A stretch of DNA of 64,000 bases. It comes from Bacillota bacterium. Its GTDB lineage: Bacteria > Bacillota > Bacilli > Calditerricolales > Calditerricolaceae. Below the pieces are notes generated by a model that had not been told where the DNA came from, searched no databases, and worked only from the letters and a program-made list of their open reading frames with translations. The DNA is taken from assembly GCA_017577925.2 (NCBI GenBank), contig PKQU02000001.1:839-64838 (forward strand), read 5' to 3'. Position numbers and translations under genes: made by a program. This document shows, in pieces, positions 47,703-55,376 of this stretch (position 1 is the first letter of the stretch; the number at the start of each line of letters is the position of its first letter).

Positions 47703-47917
47703 CCCGATTCTCGGGAGGTGGTGACAATGATGGCCACGTCGATGACTCGGGCACAGCAGCCAACACCTAAATATGATCAACTCGTGTGCTAGACCATCGT
47801 CGGCAGGATGACTAACTGGTAAACATCTAATAGAGCTTTATATACCCTAACAAACATGGTAAATCAATATCAATAGCTTTGAACTTCTCCTTCTAGTAAG
47901 AATCCTACCAAAAATGC

Positions 47918-47946
47918 TTGACAGATCCAGTGGTCCAAACTACAAT
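47918..47946 (+). promoter_or_regulatory. Near-consensus sigma-A promoter at the head of the island
   Basis: TTGACA, exactly 17 nt, TACAAT, in a 27-33% G+C stretch 30-40 nt upstream of the first island ORF. Confidence 0.65.
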
Positions 47947-47975
47947 GATGGTGGAAAATATTCTATCAATTATGG

Positions 47976-48278
47976 ATGAGTTGTAAAATGAAGAAACGTT
48001 TACTTGCAACCTGCGCTGGCATTGCACTGGGGGCTGTGCTGGCTGGAAATGCGTTGGCCAGCGGTTATAGTGAATGGGCGCAATTGAAGAGTTCTGTCGT
48101 GGGTGGCAACTATGTAAGGTGTGAATTATACGATAATACCGCTGTTTCAGATTGGTATTTGATTGGCGACGGCATATTCCTAATACAAACCTATCAACGC
48201 CTATCCTGGTCAGTATGTGCATGTACGATTGATGTCCGCGCGGCAGGAAACCAGAGTCCTGATGCTCCTAACTATTAA
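47976..48278 (+). CDS. Small secreted protein with Sec signal peptide (cleavage predicted after ALA), about 71-aa mature part with 3 Cys, no family recognised
   Basis: MSCK-MKKRLLATCAGIALGAVLAGNALA|SGYSEW... The start may be the second ATG (47988). First gene after the island promoter. Confidence 0.65.
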   Translation: MSCKMKKRLLATCAGIALGAVLAGNALASGYSEWAQLKSSVVGGNYVRCELYDNTAVSDWYLIGDGIFLIQTYQRLSWSVCACTIDVRAAGNQSPDAPNY

Positions 48279-48297
48279 TGAAAATATCACTTTTTTT

Positions 48298-48321
48298 ACG
48301 GGGGCTTCCGACAGCCCCCGT
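48298..48321 (+). promoter_or_regulatory. Strong GC hairpin between the secreted-protein gene and the first ABC membrane gene (possible attenuator or mRNA stabiliser)
   Basis: 8-bp stem ACGGGGGC/GCCCCCGT with 8-nt loop. The T7 run lies 5' of the stem, not 3', so it is not a canonical terminator. Confidence 0.5.
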
Positions 48322-48343
48322 CTGTCGTGAGGAGGGACTGGTA

Positions 48344-49135
48344 ATGTGGAAAACCGAATTCCAACGAGCATTCCTGGGGATTCCGTTTTGGCTTGCTGTT
48401 GTAATCGGCACACTGTTATGCATGATCGGGCTTTCCAGTTATTTTGAAGGCCCGAACGTAATTCCCGGTGCACATCCGTTTTATCGAAATGCCTATGAAG
48501 CGTGGCTATTTGCGTATGCGGAAGGTCCCACAGCGCTGTTTGTTATCCTGGCACCTTTGCTGGCTGTTTTGCCGCACGCCGATGCATATGTCATGGATCG
48601 TACGACCGGCTACCTGCGGTTTGTTCTTCTTCGGGTGCCGCGTTGGCGCTATTTCCTGATGCGGTTGGCGGTTGTGGCCTTGTCTGGTGGAATTGCCACT
48701 GCATTACCGCTAATCATCACCTTCGGTATCACGAACCTGATGTTGCCCCGTGGGCTTCCGCCTAGGAGTCCGGGTGAACTTGAGCCGGTAAGCTTTTTGA
48801 ATGTAGTTTACTGGAGCAATCCAGATGTATTTGTGTTCATCGCCACGGGATTAGCCTTTTTGTTTGGCGCGGTTTACGCAACCTTTGGGTTTGCTGTATC
48901 CGCTTATGTGGACAAGCGCTACCTGGCGCTGGTCACTCCTTTTGTGTTCTATCATGTGACCAATTTTGTCCTGGCCGCACTGGGACTTGAGGAATGGACG
49001 CCACCGGGGATGTGGGTACCGTTTGGGATCACCACATCAACCGCTTTTTCCGTGTTCGCCCAACTTATGCTGATGTTGACCGCCACATTGCTTGCCTTTG
49101 CCCTACGGGAAACGAGGCGATCAGTGCATGCGTGA
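48344..49135 (+). CDS. ABC-2-like integral membrane protein, class alpha (P1)
   Basis: 263 aa, about 6 hydrophobic segments. Motif DRTTGYLRFVLLRVPRWRY. ATG 7 nt after GAGGAGGG. Paralogue of P4. Confidence 0.8.
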   Translation: MWKTEFQRAFLGIPFWLAVVIGTLLCMIGLSSYFEGPNVIPGAHPFYRNAYEAWLFAYAEGPTALFVILAPLLAVLPHADAYVMDRTTGYLRFVLLRVPRWRYFLMRLAVVALSGGIATALPLIITFGITNLMLPRGLPPRSPGELEPVSFLNVVYWSNPDVFVFIATGLAFLFGAVYATFGFAVSAYVDKRYLALVTPFVFYHVTNFVLAALGLEEWTPPGMWVPFGITTSTAFSVFAQLMLMLTATLLAFALRETRRSVHA

Positions 49136-49967
49136 ACGGAAAGGACAACCGCAACGTTTGGTCCATTTGGTAAGAGTCGAACTGATTCAACGACTGACAT
49201 CATGGCGCTGGACGGTATGTGCTTTTCTATTCATCCTTGTGGCATACCTGCAAGGGGGAAGAGTGCTGGTTAACGCCGCGAACCAAAACGAATATGTCAA
49301 CATATGGGACGCCCTGTTTTCGATTTTCGCCAATCGTCACATTTTGATGTTTGTGCTCATCCCTTTGTACTTGTATGGAATCAGCGATCTCGTGGTCGAT
49401 CGAGGTTGGGGAGAAACCTATGCGTTACGGTGCGGGTCGCGCAAGTGGTGGTGGTACGGAAAAGCCGCGGCATTAGCTGTGGTAACAGCGACCTATGTGG
49501 CGCTCGGAATAGCACTGGCGGGCGGGACCTCAACCTTCGCGTTTCGGGCGGAAGGGAACTGGAGCACATACGCACGGCAAACCCTGGCTGATTTGTATCT
49601 GTCCCCGATGTTGTTGGCCTTACCACCTGGATTAAGCTTGCTGATTTTAGGTGTTTGGCTGTTTCTCAGCCTATACGGGTTCGGGATGATAACGATCGCC
49701 CTTTCATTGCAGTTGAACGCACCGGTCTATGGATTTACCGGAGGTATGGCACTCTTGTTTTTCGGTTTTCTGCTAATCGATCTCCCTATATTCTCGTGGG
49801 TACACATGGTTTCACCGACCTATCACCTACTCATCCTGAGCGCAATGGATCGTTACTCCGTGCTGGCCCTGTCATTTGGCTATTGGCTGGTTTGGATCGT
49901 CCTGATTGGGTTTTGGGGGCTTCGACTCAGCCAAACACACCATTTTTTAACAAAAGGTCGCACGTGA
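49128..49967 (+). CDS. ABC-2-like integral membrane protein, class beta (P2)
   Basis: 279 aa. NIWDALFSIF...DRGWGETYALRCGSRKWWWYGK. ATG overlaps the P1 stop (ATGCGTGA). Paralogue of P5. Confidence 0.78.
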   Translation: MRERKGQPQRLVHLVRVELIQRLTSWRWTVCAFLFILVAYLQGGRVLVNAANQNEYVNIWDALFSIFANRHILMFVLIPLYLYGISDLVVDRGWGETYALRCGSRKWWWYGKAAALAVVTATYVALGIALAGGTSTFAFRAEGNWSTYARQTLADLYLSPMLLALPPGLSLLILGVWLFLSLYGFGMITIALSLQLNAPVYGFTGGMALLFFGFLLIDLPIFSWVHMVSPTYHLLILSAMDRYSVLALSFGYWLVWIVLIGFWGLRLSQTHHFLTKGRT

Positions 49968-49986
49968 ACGTGGGGAGGGACGAAGC

Positions 49987-50781
49987 GTGTCATTTCGCTT
50001 GTTTCATTGGATGTTCCTAACCACGTTTCGTGGCTGGCATCTAGGGGTCAGCGGGGTGGTGTTTGCATTTCTCGCGTGGCGCAGTGTTCAAAAGGCGGTA
50101 ATCGTATCCGGGGAATCAGCCACGATGCTCGATGCCGTTTTTTTCGCCTTTTGTGGTCCAACAAAAGAAAACCTCTATTTTCTCGATGGCCTTGCCTGGA
50201 TGTTACCGCTGTTTCTCCTGTTTTACTTTTTTGGGGACTCGACTCGCCGAGAGTTAGATATAAACGGTGTGTTCATCTTGCTTCGCGTGCAATCGCGCTT
50301 GCGTTGGTGGACAGCAAAGGCGATCGCACTACTAGTAGCCGTGTTGGCGGTGTATGCGTGGGCGGTTTTAATAGTGGGGTTGGTCGCTTGGGGGATGTTG
50401 GGAAGCGGAAAGAGCGGGCTCTCCTTGACGGTGGACAACACCACAATAAGAGTATCAGATTTGATCTGGACCTTTGGTCTTCATGCGTTGACCGGATTTG
50501 CCCTGGTGTTGGCCCAAAACGTGCTGGCACTGGTGATGCGCCCCGTCTTCGCTTTTTTCGTTGTGGTGACGGTGGTGGTAAGCTCCTGGATGAGCGGCGC
50601 ACTACCTGTCGAGGCGCTGCGCTGGATGCCGGGTAACCAGGGAATTGTAATGCGCCATACTTTGTTTGATCCGGAAGTCTTCGATTTTTCCTTAATCTGG
50701 TCCCTTGGGTATAACAGTTTGCTGATAGGCTTGCTTGCTTGGGTTGGCGCATGGCGCTTGCATCGGATGAACATTTCCTAG
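49987..50781 (+). CDS. ABC-2-like integral membrane protein, class gamma (P3)
   Basis: 264 aa. FILLRVQSRLRWWTAK. GTG 6 nt after GGGGAGGGA. Paralogue of P6. Confidence 0.78.
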   Translation: MSFRLFHWMFLTTFRGWHLGVSGVVFAFLAWRSVQKAVIVSGESATMLDAVFFAFCGPTKENLYFLDGLAWMLPLFLLFYFFGDSTRRELDINGVFILLRVQSRLRWWTAKAIALLVAVLAVYAWAVLIVGLVAWGMLGSGKSGLSLTVDNTTIRVSDLIWTFGLHALTGFALVLAQNVLALVMRPVFAFFVVVTVVVSSWMSGALPVEALRWMPGNQGIVMRHTLFDPEVFDFSLIWSLGYNSLLIGLLAWVGAWRLHRMNIS

Positions 50782-50804
50782 AACCGAAGAAGAGGGGGGA
50801 GACG

Positions 50805-51503
50805 ATGACTGCGGCAGGGCGAGTGAACGAAACGGTTGTGCACGTGAAAAACGTGACCGTACGCATGAAGAACCAAGTGGTGCTAGAGCGGATCAACTTG
50901 CAGTTGGATGAAGGGAAAATTTACGGCATCATTGGACGAAACGGTTCGGGGAAGACCATGTTGCTCCGCGTATTGTGCGGGCTGGTTCGGCCCAGCGAAG
51001 GGGAGGTGTGGGTGCTCGGGCGCGAAATCAGCCGGCCCGGAGCCTTTCCTGATGAGGTGGGAGCCGTCATCGAGACACCGGGTTTCTTACCGCAATACAG
51101 CGGTTTGAAAAACCTGAAATTGCTGGCTTCCCTTCGCAACCGCATCGATGAGGACGACATCAAAGAGGCTATTCGGCTGGTAGGGCTTGATCCGGAGAAC
51201 AAAAAACCGGTGCGCACCTATTCTCTCGGTATGCGCCAGCGTCTGGGCCTGGCACAGGCGATCATGGAAAAACCTCGGCTCCTGCTCTTGGATGAACCGT
51301 CTAACGGCTTGGATCAGGAGGGTGTGCGCGACCTACACATCCTGTTGCGCAACCTGCGTAGCAAAGGGGTCACGATTTTGCTGACCAGCCACAGCCGGGA
51401 GGAAATTGAGACACTTTGTGATGCCGTGTATTACATGGAACGGGGACGGCTCGAAGCCTTGCCAGAAGTCCAGGGATCACTTCCAATAGAAAAACATCTG
51501 TAG
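50805..51503 (+). CDS. ABC transporter ATP-binding protein, LanF-like (E-loop) type (A1)
   Basis: Walker A GRNGSGKT. E in the Q-loop position (VGAVIETPGF). Signature YSLGMRQRL. Walker B LLLLDEP. H-loop TSH. Confidence 0.88.
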   Translation: MTAAGRVNETVVHVKNVTVRMKNQVVLERINLQLDEGKIYGIIGRNGSGKTMLLRVLCGLVRPSEGEVWVLGREISRPGAFPDEVGAVIETPGFLPQYSGLKNLKLLASLRNRIDEDDIKEAIRLVGLDPENKKPVRTYSLGMRQRLGLAQAIMEKPRLLLLDEPSNGLDQEGVRDLHILLRNLRSKGVTILLTSHSREEIETLCDAVYYMERGRLEALPEVQGSLPIEKHL

Positions 51504-51542
51504 AGCTTTAAAGCCCTCTTTTTTTACATCGGAGGTGATCAC

Positions 51543-51656
51543 ATGAAAACCGTCATCAGCACCAAATCTTCCGAGCAGATCTTGGCCAGCCGCGCGGCTT
51601 GTTGTGAAGACGGGCGCTTTCGTCTGCAGGCCGTCAAGGACGGACCGCCGCGGTGA
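51543..51656 (+). CDS. Candidate 37-aa ORF MKTVISTKSSEQILASRAACCEDGRFRLQAVKDGPPR
   Basis: Below the track cutoff. ATG 5 nt after GGAGGTGA, directly downstream of A1. Composition changes part-way through the ORF, so it may be a gene fragment. Confidence 0.35.
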   Translation: MKTVISTKSSEQILASRAACCEDGRFRLQAVKDGPPR

Positions 51657-52208
51657 CCCTGTGACCAAGGGATTGCTGGCCAAGTGCGCCCGCCATCAGC
51701 AGCCCGCACAAGCGCGCACGCCGAAAAAGAAGATGGCCGGCGTAACCGCAGCCGTTGCCCTGGAACGGTCGGAATGGCCATGCCGGCCGCAGCATTGAAG
51801 GGACAGGAGCACACTGGAAAAGCGTGCCACTCGTAAACGTACGAACATGTCTAATGGTTTTCTTTTATTACAATTCATGGTTAATAGGTAACAACCAGAA
51901 TTTTCGTCGTATCTTCCCCTTCTTTTCGTCTGCGACCAGTTTTTCATGCTGCTGACCGGGGGAGATATCCCTGGTTCTGGGCAAACTGCCCGGGGATAGA
52001 TTTATAGATTGATACACAGCCAGGGAATGGAATACTGAAAGGGGGCTTCGAAAAAACATTAGACGGAAAAAGTTAACGAAATCCACAGACTGCCTCTGGT
52101 AATCGGCAATCTACTACAACAGCTAGGCATCAGAAGGACAGAAAATTACGTATTTCCTCAAACGGAACACATAGAATCATGACTCTGGCATAGAAAGGAT
52201 AATGCTGT

Positions 52209-53057
52209 ATGTTCAGTATTCTCTCTGCAGAAGCTCATCGTTTGCGACATCGTTGGCAAACCGCCTTGGCCTTCTTGCTAATCGTCGGGTTTATGGTTCA
52301 AGGTTACATTGCCTATCAGAATAACGGATATCTATCCAATCAGTTCAGTGCGTATATTGCATATCTCTACGCATTAGGGGCCGGCGGAAGTGCTTTTTGG
52401 ATCGGCATCTTGCCCTTGGCCGCTTGCCTCATCACAGGGGATAGTTTGGCTTGGGACCGGAAAACAGGAGCCGTTCGCTTCCTGCTCGTTCGCGTTCCGC
52501 GCCGGCGTTACATTGTCCAGAAAATCCTGGCCACCAGCCTCTTCACCGGGCTGTTGTTCTTTGCCGGGTTTCTTGTTTCGTTTCTCATTGCCATCGTGTG
52601 GTTTCCGATGACGCTGCCGCCGTGGCATGTGGTCAACGGTGTTCCTACACTGAGCCACATTGCTCCGAATGGGGAGGTCTATCCGTTTCCTACATTTTTC
52701 CACAATCTTTTTTTTGAGCATCCGTTCGTGCACGTGCTCTTGGTTACGCTGGTGGTGATCCTCTCGGCAGTCGCCTGGGCAAACCTGTCGCTGCTTCTTT
52801 CGCTCTGGACGACAAATATTTATCTGGTCTTGGGGATCCCCTGGCTCGCTTACATTGTGGTGATGTTCATTATGGCCATTCCAGTCGTTGGTCTGCCCCA
52901 CATCTCGCCGCTGGCCCTTTCCGGTCCGTTCATCGCCATGCGGTCGGGCTCTCTCGGATTGTGGATTCCGTTCATTTGGCTCGTGATTATTGTAGGCCTG
53001 GCAGCCGCTACCTACACGATCTTTGTTTTAAGGAAAGGGAGGGACATCCTTGAATAA
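52209..53057 (+). CDS. ABC-2-like integral membrane protein, class alpha (P4)
   Basis: 282 aa. DRKTGAVRFLLVRVPRRRY matches the P1 motif. RBS AGAAAGGA. Confidence 0.8.
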   Translation: MFSILSAEAHRLRHRWQTALAFLLIVGFMVQGYIAYQNNGYLSNQFSAYIAYLYALGAGGSAFWIGILPLAACLITGDSLAWDRKTGAVRFLLVRVPRRRYIVQKILATSLFTGLLFFAGFLVSFLIAIVWFPMTLPPWHVVNGVPTLSHIAPNGEVYPFPTFFHNLFFEHPFVHVLLVTLVVILSAVAWANLSLLLSLWTTNIYLVLGIPWLAYIVVMFIMAIPVVGLPHISPLALSGPFIAMRSGSLGLWIPFIWLVIIVGLAAATYTIFVLRKGRDILE

Positions 53058-53712
53058 CAATACTTCGATGGCCATCGAAGCACACAACGTCGAAAAACAC
53101 TTGGGCGGCGTGGCCATCCTCCGGGGTGTCAATCTTCGCGTGGAATATGGAGAAATCGTGGCCATTGTGGGCGCAAACGGGTCCGGGAAATCCTTGTTCC
53201 TTCGCACCCTTTGCGGCCTGGTCTATCCGGACAAGGGCCAGATTGTGATCGGAGGGCAGCTCCTCAAACCCGGAATGACAGGGGCGCTTGCCGACGTTGG
53301 CGTGCTGATCGAGACGCCGGGATTTCTGCCGTATCTGTCGGGAATGGACAACTTGCGGCTTTTGGCCATGCTGCGCCGCCGGATTACCGATGATGAAGTT
53401 GCAATGGCCATGCGCCAGGTCGGGCTCGATCCGGCCAACAAGCGTCCTGTCCGGACGTATTCGATGGGCATGCGGCAGCGCCTGGGCATCGCCCAGGCCT
53501 TGATGGAACGGCCACGTGTTCTGTTATTGGACGAGCCCACGAACGCGCTGGATCCGGAGTTCACGGAAACCTTCCTCCAGATGCTCAAAACGTTGCGTAC
53601 GCAAGGTGTCGCCATTGTCCTGACGTCCCACGAATTACACGAGGTTGCGGAGCTGGCGGACCGCATTCTCGTCATGCGGGACGGGATATTGTCGGATTAC
53701 CGTCCCGCTTAA
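53050..53712 (+). CDS. ABC transporter ATP-binding protein, LanF-like (E-loop) type (A2)
   Basis: Walker A GANGSGKS, VGVLIETPGF, YSMGMRQRL, LLLDEP. TTG 5 nt after AAGGGAGGGA. Clear paralogue of A1. Confidence 0.88.
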   Translation: MNNNTSMAIEAHNVEKHLGGVAILRGVNLRVEYGEIVAIVGANGSGKSLFLRTLCGLVYPDKGQIVIGGQLLKPGMTGALADVGVLIETPGFLPYLSGMDNLRLLAMLRRRITDDEVAMAMRQVGLDPANKRPVRTYSMGMRQRLGIAQALMERPRVLLLDEPTNALDPEFTETFLQMLKTLRTQGVAIVLTSHELHEVAELADRILVMRDGILSDYRPA

Positions 53713-53732
53713 AGGGAGGGAACCCCGATCCC

Positions 53733-54548
53733 GTGTCTTTCCGCATGGTCTGGTTTCATGCACTGGTTTTATTGAGCCGCACACGATGGAAGGTGGTTCC
53801 GCTCTTCGCCCTTGGGATCACAGTCCTTGCGGTGGCGGATCTCGCCAAGGGTTACGGGAAGCTCGGCGATGCGAACCAGTGGGACGTCTTGCTGAATGTG
53901 TTCAACGATCCGTTTAAGGTCGTTGTTCTTCTGCCGGCATTCTTTTTCATCCTGGTTGCGGATGTCGTGACGCAAGACCTCGAAGGATGGGGGTATCTAC
54001 ACTGGAACCGCGGTCCGTCTCGGGCTCTGTGGTGGTGGAGCAAGGTAGGCACCGTGGGAATTGCGGCCTTCCTGTACAGCAGCATGATGTGGCTAATTGC
54101 CGTGCTGGTCAGCGTCTTTACGGTGCAATGGCAGCTACCCTGGAGCCGGTTGGTGATGCTATCGCAGTGGAGTTACCCGGGCGGTCTTGGGCCGCAACAC
54201 CTCCATGTGCCACCACCCGTGATTTTGTTTCAAGCGTGGGGATTGATCACCTGGGGCCTTTTCGTCTGGGGCACGATCATTGCCCTCCTGGCCTTTGTGC
54301 TGCGCCATACCGGCATAGCCTGGATGACAGGTGCCGCAAGTTGTTTGATTTCGTACGGCATCTGGATAATTGCTACGGAAAAAGCTCCCTGGGCACCCAC
54401 CTTGCACTTGCTGTTGAAGGTACACGTAGAATTCGAGAGCCGGGTGCCTGCGTTCTTCACGATCGGATGGTCGTTCCTCGCAGAAACCCTTTTGCTCTTG
54501 GCCGCCGGCGTGGTGGGTCATCTTTTGTCGGTGAGGCGTGATCTTTGA
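53733..54548 (+). CDS. ABC-2-like integral membrane protein, class beta (P5)
   Basis: 271 aa. NQWDVLLNVF...EGWGYLHWNRGPSRALWWWSK parallels P2. GTG after AAGGGAGGG. Confidence 0.78.
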   Translation: MSFRMVWFHALVLLSRTRWKVVPLFALGITVLAVADLAKGYGKLGDANQWDVLLNVFNDPFKVVVLLPAFFFILVADVVTQDLEGWGYLHWNRGPSRALWWWSKVGTVGIAAFLYSSMMWLIAVLVSVFTVQWQLPWSRLVMLSQWSYPGGLGPQHLHVPPPVILFQAWGLITWGLFVWGTIIALLAFVLRHTGIAWMTGAASCLISYGIWIIATEKAPWAPTLHLLLKVHVEFESRVPAFFTIGWSFLAETLLLLAAGVVGHLLSVRRDL

Positions 54549-55375
54549 CCATGGAAAATGCAGGGCTGCATCAACATGGGCGACTTTGCAGCGTGGAGTT
54601 TCGCGTATTGGCAAGGCGACGAATATGGCTGATGCTCTTGCCGATTGTGGGGCTCTATGGGATCCTGAGCGCCCTGAATGTCAAGAATGGAATTTCCGAT
54701 CACCTTTTGAACCCTTGGCAAATTGGGGTTATGGTCCTGGGAGGACCGTCGTTCCAGGCGTCCGTGCTGAAAATCCTTGAGTGGCTGATCATCCCTGGCG
54801 CGTTCGTCCTTGGCGTGGGCGAGCCGTATTCCCTGTTGGCGACCTCCTGGAACCAACTCGTCCTCGTTCGCGTGCCGAGCCGCTGGCGCTTCTGGTGGGG
54901 ACGAACCGTCACCTGGTACGGGTGGGCCTTGCTGTACGGACTTGTGGTTTTGGGAATTGGCGTCGTAGCCGGGAAAATGGCGCATCCATCGGCTGCGTGG
55001 GGCATACCCCAAACGTTGAGCCTGGACAATTTGCAAATCGAAAACGGGTTCTTGCTGATCGCTTGGGTTGGCCTCTCTCTCGTGGCCACGCTTTGGGGCT
55101 ACACTACCCTGCTGCTCCTTTTTTCGCTGTTTTTCTCACGTCCTGGCGTGGCGACGATTTTCACATTGGTCGTGGGGTACGGGTTAACAGCTCTGGGCGT
55201 AAACGTCCCCAGCGTCATCTCCTACCTTCGCCCGTTGTTGGGAGCAAGACTGAATCTGTTTCCAGATACAAACCTGAACGGGAACGACTTCTTGTCACTT
55301 GGCATTAGCACAGGTGTTTGGGTATTCGTCGGTGTGTTAGCTGGATATTCACTTTTCCATCGCAGATCAATATGA
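54545..55375 (+). CDS. ABC-2-like integral membrane protein, class gamma (P6)
   Basis: 276 aa. LVLVRVPSRWRFWWGR parallels P3. TTG overlapping the P5 stop (ATG at 54551 is the alternative). Confidence 0.78.
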   Translation: MTMENAGLHQHGRLCSVEFRVLARRRIWLMLLPIVGLYGILSALNVKNGISDHLLNPWQIGVMVLGGPSFQASVLKILEWLIIPGAFVLGVGEPYSLLATSWNQLVLVRVPSRWRFWWGRTVTWYGWALLYGLVVLGIGVVAGKMAHPSAAWGIPQTLSLDNLQIENGFLLIAWVGLSLVATLWGYTTLLLLFSLFFSRPGVATIFTLVVGYGLTALGVNVPSVISYLRPLLGARLNLFPDTNLNGNDFLSLGISTGVWVFVGVLAGYSLFHRRSI

Positions 55376-55376
55376 T

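Noticed and set aside
46311-47780. N-terminally extended (489-aa) version of the MFS transporter.
   Set aside because: The extension (…CWLLCPSHRRGHHCHHLPRIGKTNRPP…) is not protein-like and has no RBS. A strong AGAGGTG RBS precedes TTG 47495, giving a standard 12-TMS protein of about 394 aa.
47988-48026. Possible lipoprotein signal (LLATC) in the island secreted protein. This would make it a LanI-like immunity lipoprotein.
   Set aside because: The Cys lies only 4 hydrophobic residues after the charged MKKR. The -1 residue is Thr. A full-length h-region with an A-L-A cleavage site follows. A type I signal peptide is the better reading.
51604-51947. Track ORFs 51604..51798 (+), 51539..51814 (-), 51696..51947 (-) and 51868..52086 (-) in the inter-cassette gap.
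   Set aside because: None has an RBS. The translations are low-complexity or Cys/Arg-rich with no hydrophobic core or motif. They overlap one another in a region of mixed composition.
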